Positions 29,069 to 38,114 of a stretch of 64,000 bases of DNA are shown here, piece after piece. The stretch is from NCBI GenBank assembly GCA_963851265.1, contig CAWKNZ010000002.1, positions 384,001 to 448,000 of the forward strand. The letters run 5' to 3'. The stretch comes from an uncultured Gemmatimonadales bacterium (GTDB lineage Bacteria > Gemmatimonadota > Gemmatimonadetes > Gemmatimonadales > Gemmatimonadaceae). How positions within the stretch are numbered: the first letter of the stretch is position 1; the number at the start of each line of letters is the position of its first letter. The notes under the pieces were generated by a model, which was given only the letters and a program-made list of their open reading frames with translations, was not told where the DNA came from and made no database searches. The translations under genes were made by a program, and so were the position numbers.

Positions 29069-29788
29069 TCATCCAGCAGACGCGCCCGCGCGGGCTCCCG
29101 CAACCGATCCGCCCGCGGCGGACGCACGCCCCTCACGCGGATACGCCGGCGCCGGCACGAACGCCTCGGCCGACGGAAACGGGTCGAGCGCGCCGCGCAG
29201 CTTCCCCTTCGCTCGCTCCGCCGCGACCCACGCGTCGAACCCCGACGGCACCAGACCCCCCGACTGCGTCTGGTCGGCGGCGGCGCGCGTCGCGAGGTGG
29301 TTGGCGTACTCGTTCTGCGGATGCCCGTTGTGCCCACGCACCCAGCGCCACATCCGCTCGTGCGCGGCCGCCGCTGCCACCGCCGTCTTCCACAGCTCGA
29401 GGTTCTCGATCGGGCCGGTCTTGCGCGTCCACCCGCGCGCCATCCACCCGGGCACCCACGAGGTCATCCCGTCCACGATGTACTTCGAATCGGTCGTGAA
29501 GACCACCGAAAACGTGCGCTCTTTGGCCGACAGGCCGGCGAACGTCTCGATCACGGAGCGGAGCGCCATCCGGTTGTTCGTGGTGTCGCGCTCGCTGATC
29601 CACCAGTCCCACCGCAGGAGCTCGCCGCTGCGCGGGTGGCGCCACTCGACGAGGCCCCCCGCACCACCGGGCGTGTCGCCCGCCCTGCCGTTGCCCAGGC
29701 ACGACTCGTCGGCGTAGACCGCGACGAGCGGGTGCGCCGCCCCGTGCGGCCCGGCGCCCTTCCGGCCGGCATGCGTCCCGCCCGTCAT
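29069..29788 (-). CDS. rnhA: Ribonuclease HI (atypical active site)
   Basis: YADESCLGN, PGGAG, TTNNRM, TDSKYI, GWMARGW, NLELW, WVRGHNGHPQNE. Confidence 0.9.
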   Translation of the reverse strand: MTGGTHAGRKGAGPHGAAHPLVAVYADESCLGNGRAGDTPGGAGGLVEWRHPRSGELLRWDWWISERDTTNNRMALRSVIETFAGLSAKERTFSVVFTTDSKYIVDGMTSWVPGWMARGWTRKTGPIENLELWKTAVAAAAAHERMWRWVRGHNGHPQNEYANHLATRAAADQTQSGGLVPSGFDAWVAAERAKGKLRGALDPFPSAEAFVPAPAYPREGRASAAGGSVAGARAGASAG

Positions 29789-30003
29789 ACGACGTCGAAC
29801 CCGGTCATCTCGTCGATCCAGAGGTCGAGGCGGTCGCCGGTGGTGGGATGCACGGCGTCGATGCGCTCGCGGCCGCCGACGAGTCGCAGCGCCCGCGGCA
29901 CCACGACGAGGTCGTAGGCGCCGTTCCGGCGCACCTCGATGCGGCGCCGGTCGGCGATCGCGCGCTCGAGCGCGTCGTACTGCGCGGGAGAGAAGCTGGC
30001 CAT
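29785..30003 (-). CDS. Small hypothetical protein
   Basis: 72 aa; stop overlaps the rnhA start (ATGA), consistent with an operon. Confidence 0.7.
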   Translation of the reverse strand: MASFSPAQYDALERAIADRRRIEVRRNGAYDLVVVPRALRLVGGRERIDAVHPTTGDRLDLWIDEMTGFDVV

Positions 30004-30016
30004 CCGGGAACGATAC

Positions 30017-31201
30017 TCACCCGCACCAGTCGCGCACCAAGCGCGCGAGCACGTCGGTCGCGCGCTCCACCTCGTCGAGCCCGACCCACTCCTCCGCGCT
30101 GTGTGCGAGGCCGATGTCGCCCGGCCCGAAACACACCGTCGGCACCCCGGCCGCGTTGAGCAGCGCGGCGTCCGTCCAGGCCGGCATCCCCTCCACGCGC
30201 ACCGCCTCCCCCGCCCCGGCGAGCGCCGTGCCTAACGCACGCACGATCGGCGCCCCGGGCGCGACGTCGCTCGGCGGCTGCGCGAAGTCGAGCGCGACGT
30301 CGGCGCGGAACGCCTCGCGCCCGGCGGCCCGCAGCCGCGCGGCGACGCGCGCCGCCGCCGCCTCGATCTCCGCGAGCGCCGACTCCGCGCTCTCCGACGG
30401 GATCGTCCGCCGCTCGAGCCGGAGCACGCACCGCTCGGGGTAGGTCGTCAGGCCGACTCCCCCCTCTATGAGCGACGCGTGCAGCGACCCGCGGCCCAAC
30501 AGCGCGTGCGGTGCCCGCCCGGGCAGCTCGACGGCGTCGAGCGCGTCCAGCTCGGCGAGCACGAGCCCCGCGTGACGGATGGCGTCCACCCCGAGGTCAT
30601 AGCGGCTGCCGTGCGCGGCGCGACCGTGGAGGGTCACGGTGTACCACGCGAACCCGCGGTGCGCGGGCATGATCGCGAGGCGGGTGGGCTCGGTGATCAC
30701 GCACGCGTCGGCCCGCAGCGCGCCCGACTTCAGCCGCTCGACGAGGGCGAGGGTGCCGGCACTCTCGAACTCCTCGTCGGCGACCGCGGCGATCACGACC
30801 TCGCCGCGGACGGCCCCGTCGGCGTGCGCCCTCGCCGCGGCCGCGCACATCGCCGCGATACCGGCCTTCATGTCGGCCGCCCCGCGCCCGTACAGCCGTC
30901 CGTCGCGCACCTCCGCCGCGAACGGCTCGTGCACCATCCCGTCGGTTCCCACCACGTCGAGGTGCCCGTTCAGCATGAGCACCGGAGCGCCCGGCTCGCC
31001 CCGCCCGATGCGGGCGACCACGTTGGGCCGCCCGGGCACGGCGTCGTACAGGTCGACCGCGAAGCCCCACGCGCGCAGGACGGCGGCCAGGCGTGCGGCG
31101 CACGCGCCCTCCCCCGGCGCCCCCGGCACGAGGTCGGGGTTCCGCGAGTCGATGCGGACGAGTTCGCGGGAAAGCGCGGAAGGGTCGGCGAAGGCGGGCA
31201 T
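30017..31201 (-). CDS. ArgE/DapE family deacylase (M20)
   Basis: LNGHLDVV, GRGAADMKAG, DEE, EPT, GRAAHGS, WTDAA, AHSAEE. Confidence 0.92.
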   Translation of the reverse strand: MPAFADPSALSRELVRIDSRNPDLVPGAPGEGACAARLAAVLRAWGFAVDLYDAVPGRPNVVARIGRGEPGAPVLMLNGHLDVVGTDGMVHEPFAAEVRDGRLYGRGAADMKAGIAAMCAAAARAHADGAVRGEVVIAAVADEEFESAGTLALVERLKSGALRADACVITEPTRLAIMPAHRGFAWYTVTLHGRAAHGSRYDLGVDAIRHAGLVLAELDALDAVELPGRAPHALLGRGSLHASLIEGGVGLTTYPERCVLRLERRTIPSESAESALAEIEAAAARVAARLRAAGREAFRADVALDFAQPPSDVAPGAPIVRALGTALAGAGEAVRVEGMPAWTDAALLNAAGVPTVCFGPGDIGLAHSAEEWVGLDEVERATDVLARLVRDWCG

Positions 31202-31257
31202 CCCGGGAAGGTAGGCGGCACCGCCGTCTCCGTCCCCGTCAGACGTCGCCTACGCCG

Positions 31258-32283
31258 TCACCCGACCCCCTCGCCCTCCACGCCCCACTCCAGCACTCGC
31301 CCCAACGGTTCCACGGCCGCCCGCACGTCCTCCTCCCGCCCCTCCGCAGCGACGAGCAGCACGCACCCCCCGCCCGACGCCCCCAACGCCTTCGCGCCTA
31401 ACGCCCCGGCCTTGTCGCCCGCGGCCACGATCGCGTCGATCCGCGCCGTCGGGATCGCCGGGTGCAGTCCGCGCTGCCACCCCCAGTGTTCGCCCACCAG
31501 AGTGCCTAACGTGTCGACGTCGCCGCGGGCCAGCGCCGCGGCCATCGCCGCGGCCAGCCCGCGCATCCGGGCGAGCGCGTCGACCACCCGGCGCTCTCCC
31601 GCCGCGTACCCGTCGAGCACCGCCGTGATCGTTTCCCCCGACACGCGCGACTCGCCCGTGTAGACCACCACGCACCGACCTTCGAGCGCGCGCCGCGTGT
31701 GGGCGCGCAGCGGAAGCCGCGTCACCTGCGCCGGTCGACCGTCCGCCGCCGCGCCGAAGTCCAGCCGCAGCGCCCCGCCGAACGCCGCCGCGTAGTGGTC
31801 CTGCCGCCCGCCCGCGATCCCCGCGTCCTCGACCTCCGCCGCGCGGCTCGCCTCGGCGAGCGCGGCCCGCGTCGCGTCGTCCAGCGGCGTGCGGCTCGCT
31901 CGGCGTTCTCCGCCTGCGGTCAGATCCCGCCACGCCGCGCACGCCGCCGCGAGCGCGACGCCGAGCGCGCTCGACCCTCCGAGCCCGGCGCCGACGGGCA
32001 GGTCGGACCGCGTGCCCACGCGGAGCCGCGCCTCGCCCAGTCCCGCGCGCCGAAGGGCCGCGCGCACCAGCCCGCCGGCCGGCCCGTCCGGGCGCCAGTC
32101 AAACCCGTCGTCGGCATCCGCCGGCGGCTCGGCGGCCACCGCCACCGCCGTACGCCGGGTGATCGCGAGGTTGCACACCGTGCCGCCCTCGCGGTCCGCG
32201 TACGGCGGCACGTCCGTCCACCCGCCGCCGAAGTCCAGCCGGGCCGGCGCGTGCGCCACTACCCGGCGCGTCGCGTCGCGCAC
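31258..32283 (-). CDS. GHMP-family sugar kinase (HddA / fucokinase-like)
   Basis: APARLDFGGGWTDVPPY, PVGAGLGGSSA, GGRQDHY, GAKALGASGGGC. GTG start inferred. Confidence 0.88.
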   Translation of the reverse strand: MRDATRRVVAHAPARLDFGGGWTDVPPYADREGGTVCNLAITRRTAVAVAAEPPADADDGFDWRPDGPAGGLVRAALRRAGLGEARLRVGTRSDLPVGAGLGGSSALGVALAAACAAWRDLTAGGERRASRTPLDDATRAALAEASRAAEVEDAGIAGGRQDHYAAAFGGALRLDFGAAADGRPAQVTRLPLRAHTRRALEGRCVVVYTGESRVSGETITAVLDGYAAGERRVVDALARMRGLAAAMAAALARGDVDTLGTLVGEHWGWQRGLHPAIPTARIDAIVAAGDKAGALGAKALGASGGGCVLLVAAEGREEDVRAAVEPLGRVLEWGVEGEGVG

Positions 32284-32290
32284 CGGCCGG

Positions 32291-32845
32291 TCAGGAACTG
32301 TGGTCGTGGACGATCTTCCACGCCCCGCCCAGACGCCGCATGACGAGCGACGTCGGCCCGCGCGCGATCGTCGAGTCACGGCCCGCGGCCGTGCGCACCG
32401 AGAGCACGTAGTACGCGATCGCGTTCGCCACGTCGGGCGCGAGCAGATCGACCTCGAGCTGTTCGAAGTGCAGCCTTCCGCGCGCCGGCGCGCCCGGCGC
32501 GAACCGCGGGGCGTAGGTCGCCCGGATCTCGACCGGCCCGCGGATGAGCCCCCGTCGCCCGACGAACGTCGTCCCCTCGCCGGGCGCGTACGAGCTCATG
32601 AAGCCGTCGAGATCGCCCCGGTTCCACGCGTCCGCCGACGCGTCGAGCGTCGCGCGGATCTGCGTCAGCGAAGTCGAGTCGGCCGCGGCCGGCCGGCGCA
32701 CGAGCCCGTGCCGGACTGGAGGCTGACCTGCCTGCGCCGCGGCCGTGCGCGCCGCGACCGCGTGCACCGCGCCCGTCACGACCAGCGCGGCGAGCAGGGC
32801 CGTGCGCGGCTGCCCGCCGCAGACTTGCTGCACCACGGATACCAT
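32291..32845 (-). CDS. Secreted NTF2-like / DUF4440 (SnoaL-like) protein
   Basis: Signal peptide, AWNRGDLDGFMSSY, WKIVHDHSS. Confidence 0.85.
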   Translation of the reverse strand: MVSVVQQVCGGQPRTALLAALVVTGAVHAVAARTAAAQAGQPPVRHGLVRRPAAADSTSLTQIRATLDASADAWNRGDLDGFMSSYAPGEGTTFVGRRGLIRGPVEIRATYAPRFAPGAPARGRLHFEQLEVDLLAPDVANAIAYYVLSVRTAAGRDSTIARGPTSLVMRRLGGAWKIVHDHSS

Positions 32846-32974
32846 TGAGAGACACGGTTGAAGGGATGTCGGCGATCGCGCGCGCCGGGAAACGACCCGT
32901 CCGGGGCGCCGCGAATCTACGTCGCGGGCATCCCGTAGCGGGCGGGTTGCAGGGCACATCGTTTGCCCCCGGAG

Positions 32975-34591
32975 ATGCCGATGCCGGACTTCGAGCAGTA
33001 CCTGCGCGGACGTACGCTGATCCTGCTGTCCAATCGGGAGCCGTACGAGCACGTCACGTCCGAAGGGGACGCGACCGACGCACCCACGGTGCGCCGCCCC
33101 CCGGGCGGTCTGGTCTCCGCCCTCGACCCGACCATGCAGCGCACCCAGGGCACCTGGGTCGCGTGGGGCTCCGGGTCTGCCGACCGCGACAGCGTCGACG
33201 CCGATGACCGCGTGCAGGTGCCGCCGGAGGCGCCCCGCTACGCGCTCCGCCGCGTCTGGCTCGACGCGGCCGACGTCGAGGGCTACTACCACGGCTTCGC
33301 GAACAGCGCGCTCTGGCCGCTCTGCCACATGCTCCTCCAGCACTACACGTTTCGCGAGGAGTACTGGGAACGCTACGAGGCGGTGAACGCGCGCTTCGCC
33401 GAAGCGGTCGCGGAGGAGTGCCGGCGCGCGGCGCACCCGCCCGTGGTGTGGACGCAGGACTACCACTTCGCGCTCGCGCCGGCCATGCTCCGCGAGCGGC
33501 TGACGGCCGACGGCACGGTCAGGCGCGCCTTCCTGCACCACTTCTGGCACATCCCCTTCCCGGCGCCCGACCTTTTCAACCTGCTGCCGTCACCGGCCCA
33601 GAGTGCCGTCCTCGAGGGGATGCTCGGCAACGACCTGATCGAGTTCCACACCGAACGCCACGCGATGAACTTCATGGACTGCGTCGCGACGTTCGTCGAA
33701 GGGGCCCAGGTCCGCCGCGAGCACCATTTCGTCCGCTACCAGGGGCGCACCGTGCGCGTCGGCGCATTCCCGATTTCGGTCGACGCCGCGCAGTACGAGC
33801 GACTCGCGCGCGAGGGCGCCGGGCAGGCCGCGGAGCTCCGGGCGCGGTACGCGAGTGGCGGCCGCACGCTCGCCGTCTCGGTCGACCGCATCGACTACAC
33901 GAAGGGGATCCCCGAACGGCTCCGTGCGCTCGATACGCTGTGGGCGGGCGCGCCCGACCTGCGCGAGAAACTCACCATCCTGCTCGTCGGCACCCCGTCG
34001 CGCAGCGAGATCGCCTCGTACCAGGCCATCGAGGCCGAGGTCGAGGAGCTCGTCACCGGGATCAACGAGCGCTGGGGAACGCCAGGCTGGACGCCGATCG
34101 TCTACCTGCACAAGAATGTCCCCGCCGCAGAGCTGGCCGCCATGTACCGCGCCGCCGACCTCTGCCTCGTGTCGTCGCTGCAGGACGGCATGAACCTCGT
34201 CGCGAAGGAGTTCGTCGCCTGCAACGTCGACGAGCACGGCGTCCTCGTCCTCAGCCGCCTCACCGGCGCGGCCGAGGAGATCTACGGCGCGGTGCTCATC
34301 AACCCGTTCAACGTCGACGGGTTCGTGCAGGGGCTCCGCGACGCGATCACGATGCCCGCCGCGGAGCGCCGCCGCCGTATGCGCGGCATGCGCGACCAGC
34401 TCAAGCGCGCCACGATCTTCGACTGGCTCGAGAGCATCCTCGCGCGCGTCGCGGAACTCGCGCCGCCGGCCGATGCGGTCGAGTCGACGCCGTCCCGGTC
34501 GACGGGCGCGCGTACGTCCGGCGCACTCGACGCCGCCGTCGGCGCGAACTCCGTCGGCGCAACGTCCCTCGGCGCGGGGTCGACGGTCTGA
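32975..34591 (+). CDS. otsA: Trehalose-6-phosphate synthase
   Basis: SNREP, GGLVSAL, YYHGFANSALWPLCH, QDYH, HIPFP, DRIDYTKG, DGMNLVAKE. Confidence 0.95.
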   Translation: MPMPDFEQYLRGRTLILLSNREPYEHVTSEGDATDAPTVRRPPGGLVSALDPTMQRTQGTWVAWGSGSADRDSVDADDRVQVPPEAPRYALRRVWLDAADVEGYYHGFANSALWPLCHMLLQHYTFREEYWERYEAVNARFAEAVAEECRRAAHPPVVWTQDYHFALAPAMLRERLTADGTVRRAFLHHFWHIPFPAPDLFNLLPSPAQSAVLEGMLGNDLIEFHTERHAMNFMDCVATFVEGAQVRREHHFVRYQGRTVRVGAFPISVDAAQYERLAREGAGQAAELRARYASGGRTLAVSVDRIDYTKGIPERLRALDTLWAGAPDLREKLTILLVGTPSRSEIASYQAIEAEVEELVTGINERWGTPGWTPIVYLHKNVPAAELAAMYRAADLCLVSSLQDGMNLVAKEFVACNVDEHGVLVLSRLTGAAEEIYGAVLINPFNVDGFVQGLRDAITMPAAERRRRMRGMRDQLKRATIFDWLESILARVAELAPPADAVESTPSRSTGARTSGALDAAVGANSVGATSLGAGSTV

Positions 34592-35451
34592 CACGTCCCG
34601 ACCTGCTCGACCCGCCCGCGCGGGTCGGGCCATCGCGCCACATCCGCACGTCGGCCGCCCTGCTCGACGGCCCCGCGCGCGCGCACGCCCTGGCCGAGCT
34701 CGCCGCCACGCGGCCGCTCGCGCTCTGCCTCGACATCGACGGCACGCTCGCGCCCATCGCGCCGCGCCCCGAGGATGCCCGCACGCCGGAGGACACGCTC
34801 CAAACGCTCGAACGGCTCGCCGCACATGCGGGCGTGTGCGTCGCCCTCGTCACCGGCCGCACGCCGGTTACCGCTCGCGCGATCGTTCCCGTCCCGGGGC
34901 TCTGGATCGTCGGCAATCACGGCGCCGAGATGCTCGCCCCCGACGCGACCACGTCCGCCGTCGACCCCGACGTCGCGGCGCACGCGCCCGCGCTCGAACG
35001 ACTCGCCGCCGCACTCGCGCCGCTCGCCGCCACGCCGGGCGTGCTCGTCGAGAACAAGCGCTGGAGCCTCTCGCTCCACACGCGCCTCGCTCCGCCCGAT
35101 GCGCGCGCCGAGGTCGTCGCCCGCGCGCGTGCGCTCGGCGAGGACGCAGGGTTGCGCGTCGACGCCGGAAAGTCCGTGCTCGAGTTCAAGGCCCCGGTCG
35201 AGGTCGACAAGGGGACCGCGACGCTCGCGCTCCTCAGGCAGCTCGGCGCGCTCGACGGCGCCGCGCGCGCCTTCGCCGCCGGCGACGATGCCACCGACGA
35301 ACACCTCTTCCGCCGCCTCCGCGACGCCGCCCCGACCGCCCTCACGGTGCGCGTCGGCGACGACGTCCCGACCTGGGCCGAGTACCGCGTCGAGACCCCG
35401 AACGCGCTCGGCACCTTCTTGCGCGACCTCGCCGACGCATTAGGCGCGTGA
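34588..35451 (+). CDS. otsB: Trehalose-6-phosphate phosphatase (start uncertain)
   Basis: HAD motifs LDIDGTLAPI, VTGR, GNHGAE, VENK, DKG, GDDATDE. No in-frame ATG/GTG/TTG near the 5' end; CTG at 34588 assumed. Confidence 0.88.
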   Translation: MTRPDLLDPPARVGPSRHIRTSAALLDGPARAHALAELAATRPLALCLDIDGTLAPIAPRPEDARTPEDTLQTLERLAAHAGVCVALVTGRTPVTARAIVPVPGLWIVGNHGAEMLAPDATTSAVDPDVAAHAPALERLAAALAPLAATPGVLVENKRWSLSLHTRLAPPDARAEVVARARALGEDAGLRVDAGKSVLEFKAPVEVDKGTATLALLRQLGALDGAARAFAAGDDATDEHLFRRLRDAAPTALTVRVGDDVPTWAEYRVETPNALGTFLRDLADALGA

Positions 35452-35517
35452 GCGGGGCGTAGACCACCGGCGCCCGAGGTCGGGGCCGCCTGACGCCCGA
35501 TGTCCCGCGTCTGGCTG

Positions 35518-35802
35518 TCAGGCGTCCGGGGGTGAAGCGGCCCGCCCCGCCCGGCGTACCACCGCGTCGCCCTCCTCTCGCGTCATCCGGCCCACCCGCA
35601 CGAGGTAGTCGACCGCGTCGCGCGCGCTCGCCGGGTGGAGCGCGGCCAACTCCCCGGGGTCCGCGAGCACCGCGGCCAGCGCGTCGGCCAGCACTGTGGT
35701 GACCTCATCTTCGATCGCCCGGCCCCGCGCGGCCAACCGCGCCCCCTCGGCGGCGAATGCCTCCGCATCGAACGACTCGGACGATGGTTGGCGCGATGAC
35801 AT
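35518..35802 (-). CDS. Hypothetical small protein
   Basis: 94-aa ORF filling the gap, with protein-like composition; no motif recognised. Confidence 0.45.
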   Translation of the reverse strand: MSSRQPSSESFDAEAFAAEGARLAARGRAIEDEVTTVLADALAAVLADPGELAALHPASARDAVDYLVRVGRMTREEGDAVVRRAGRAASPPDA

Positions 35803-35836
35803 CGTCGGAAATAAGCGGCCCCGGCTACCCTACCGC

Positions 35837-36988
35837 ATGCTCCTCGCCGGCCTCCGCGTCCTCGACCTCTCGCGCGTCCTCGCCGGCCCGCTCTGCACGA
35901 TGATGCTCGGCGACCTCGGCGCCGACGTGCTCAAGGTCGAACGGCCCGGGGCAGGGGACGACACCCGCGGCTGGGGCCCGCCCTTCGACGCGCGAGGCGA
36001 GAGCGCCTACTTCCTCAGCGTCAATCGCAACAAGCTGAGCCTCGCGGCGGACCTGGCGCGCCCGGACGACGTCGCGCTCGTCCGCACCCTGATCGCCGAC
36101 GCCGACGTGGTCGTCGACAACTTCCGCCCGGGCCTGCTCGAACGCTCGGGGCTCGCGCCACAGGCGCTGCTCGCCGCGCATCCGGCCCTCGTCTGGTGCA
36201 CGATCTCGGGCTTCGGGGCGACCTCGCCGCGTCCGGGCTACGACTTCGTCGTGCAGGCCGAACGCGGGTGGATGGCGATCAACGGCGAGCCCGACGGCGC
36301 CCCGCTCCGCGCCGGCGTCGCGCTCGTCGACGTGGTCACGGGCAAGGACGCGGCGATCGCGATCCTCGCCGCGCTGCTCGCCCGCAGCCGCGGTCCCATG
36401 CCGGCCCACGCCCGCCACCTCCAGCCATCGCTGGCCGCGAGCGCGGCCGCTGCGCTCGTGAACGTCGCGCAGAACGCCCTCGTCACCGGACAGGAGGCGC
36501 GGCGCTGGGGCAACGCGCACCCCAACCTCGTCCCGTACCAACTCTTTGATGCGGCCGACCGCCCGATCGTGCTCGCCGTCGGCAACGACGCCCAGTGGCA
36601 GGCCTGCGCGCGCGTCCTCGACCTGGCCGCGCTCGGCGACGACCCGCGCCTCGCGACGAACGCCGGCCGGATCGCCTTCCGTCCCGAGGTCGTGTCGGCC
36701 CTGGCCGTGCGCCTCGCCGCGCGGCCTGCGCGCGATTGGCTCGAGCGGTTGGACGCCGTCGGCGTCCCGGCGGGCCTCGTCAACACCGTCCTCGAAACGC
36801 TGGCCACCGTCGACGCGTCACCGCTCACCGGCGTGGCGCCGAGCGTGCCGGGCACGGTGCGCCGCCCCCCACCCACGCTCGACGCGGATGGCGCCCGCGT
36901 GCGCGCGTACGGCTGGGCCGCCTTCAGTACGCATGAGGCTGGTGCGCCAGATCACAATCCCGCAGCAGACGGGGCGAAAACGCGCTAG
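35837..36988 (+). CDS. CaiB/BaiF family (class III) CoA transferase
   Basis: LAGLRVLDLSRVLAGP, DLGADVLKVE, NRNKLS, ADVVVDNFRPG, GYDFVVQA. Confidence 0.93.
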   Translation: MLLAGLRVLDLSRVLAGPLCTMMLGDLGADVLKVERPGAGDDTRGWGPPFDARGESAYFLSVNRNKLSLAADLARPDDVALVRTLIADADVVVDNFRPGLLERSGLAPQALLAAHPALVWCTISGFGATSPRPGYDFVVQAERGWMAINGEPDGAPLRAGVALVDVVTGKDAAIAILAALLARSRGPMPAHARHLQPSLAASAAAALVNVAQNALVTGQEARRWGNAHPNLVPYQLFDAADRPIVLAVGNDAQWQACARVLDLAALGDDPRLATNAGRIAFRPEVVSALAVRLAARPARDWLERLDAVGVPAGLVNTVLETLATVDASPLTGVAPSVPGTVRRPPPTLDADGARVRAYGWAAFSTHEAGAPDHNPAADGAKTR

Positions 36989-37116
36989 CTGCGGCGTTAC
37001 CTCCCCCCGAACGCCTCGTCCATCCTCCGAACGTCGCACCGCGATTCCGTTCGACCGGCCATTCTGGCGTTATGCTGGCCTGTCGGGCGCCGCGCCGGAG
37101 GATTAGTCTCTTGGCC

Positions 37117-37686
37117 GTGTCCACCACCACGGTACCCGGGGCGAATCTCGACCCCTCTGACGCGGACCAGCAGGTCATCACGAGCGTGCTCGCGGGCGAC
37201 CGCGACGCCTTCTCGGTTCTCATCCACCGGTACAGCGACCCGCTGTACCGGCATGCGCTGGGGATGACCGGAAGTCCGGACGTCGCGGAAGACATCCTGC
37301 AGCAGTCCTTCATCAAGGCGTACCACCACCTCGCCGAGGTGCGCGGTCGGTTCGATGCCTGGCTCTTCCGGATCGTGGCGAACGGGTGCAAGGATTGGCT
37401 CAAGAACATCCGACGCACCCACGTCAGCTACGAAGAGGACGACCAGCCGTCGAGCTACGCGACCCCGGACGAGGACCTCGACCGCAGTGAACTGCGGATG
37501 GACCTGGACCGCGCGCTGGCCACGCTCAACGCGAGCCTGCGCGAGGCCTTCGTCATGAAGCACGTCGAGGGGCGGTCGTACGAGGAGATGAGTGATCTGC
37601 TCGGCACCACCGTCGGTGCCCTCAAGATGCGCGTCCACCGCGCGCGCGAGGCGCTGCACGCCATCCTGGAGGAGAAGTACGCCTGA
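37117..37686 (+). CDS. ECF sigma-70 factor
   Basis: Region 2 (AEDILQQSFIKAY, FDAWLFRIVAN) and region 4 (EGRSYEEMSDLLGTTVGALKMRVHRAR). Confidence 0.93.
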   Translation: MSTTTVPGANLDPSDADQQVITSVLAGDRDAFSVLIHRYSDPLYRHALGMTGSPDVAEDILQQSFIKAYHHLAEVRGRFDAWLFRIVANGCKDWLKNIRRTHVSYEEDDQPSSYATPDEDLDRSELRMDLDRALATLNASLREAFVMKHVEGRSYEEMSDLLGTTVGALKMRVHRAREALHAILEEKYA

Positions 37687-38051
37687 TGACGGACATGACC
37701 CCCGATCCGATCCGCTCCGAGCAGGAGCGAGTCCGCCGCCCCGATGCCGGGGTGGCCCCCACGGTTGCCCCGCGCCCCGAGACGGCCACGGACACCGATG
37801 CCGGCCCGCTGAGCGGGCACCCGGCCCCCGCCGTGCAGCAGTGGCTGGACGGCGAGCGCAGCGAGGCCGAAGCGCGCCGCGCGGCGCCGCAGGACGTCGC
37901 GCTGTGGGCGAAGGTGCAGGGCGAAACCGAGCGCCGTGGCCGCATGGTCACGCCGGCGCCGGTGCTCGAGCGCCTCATGGCCGCGATCCCCGACTCCGAG
38001 CCGAAGGGCGACGGCGTGGTGGACAAGGTCAAGAAGCTGTTCGGAAAGTGA
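37686..38051 (+). CDS. Small soluble protein, candidate anti-sigma factor
   Basis: Coupled to the sigma stop (TGATG); WLDGE..E and P.PVLERLMAAI resemble anti-sigma domain helices. Confidence 0.7.
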   Translation: MTDMTPDPIRSEQERVRRPDAGVAPTVAPRPETATDTDAGPLSGHPAPAVQQWLDGERSEAEARRAAPQDVALWAKVQGETERRGRMVTPAPVLERLMAAIPDSEPKGDGVVDKVKKLFGK

Positions 38052-38063
38052 CCTGACGTGAAG

Positions 38064-38100
38064 CGGCGGGGGCGGCTCCTAGGAGCCGCCCCCGCCGTTT
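38064..38100. terminator. Probable bidirectional intrinsic terminator (perfect 34-bp palindrome)
   Basis: CGGCGGGGGCGGCTCCT-AGGAGCCGCCCCCGCCG followed by TTT, between convergent genes. Confidence 0.8.
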
Positions 38101-38114
38101 GCGTTTCACGCGGG

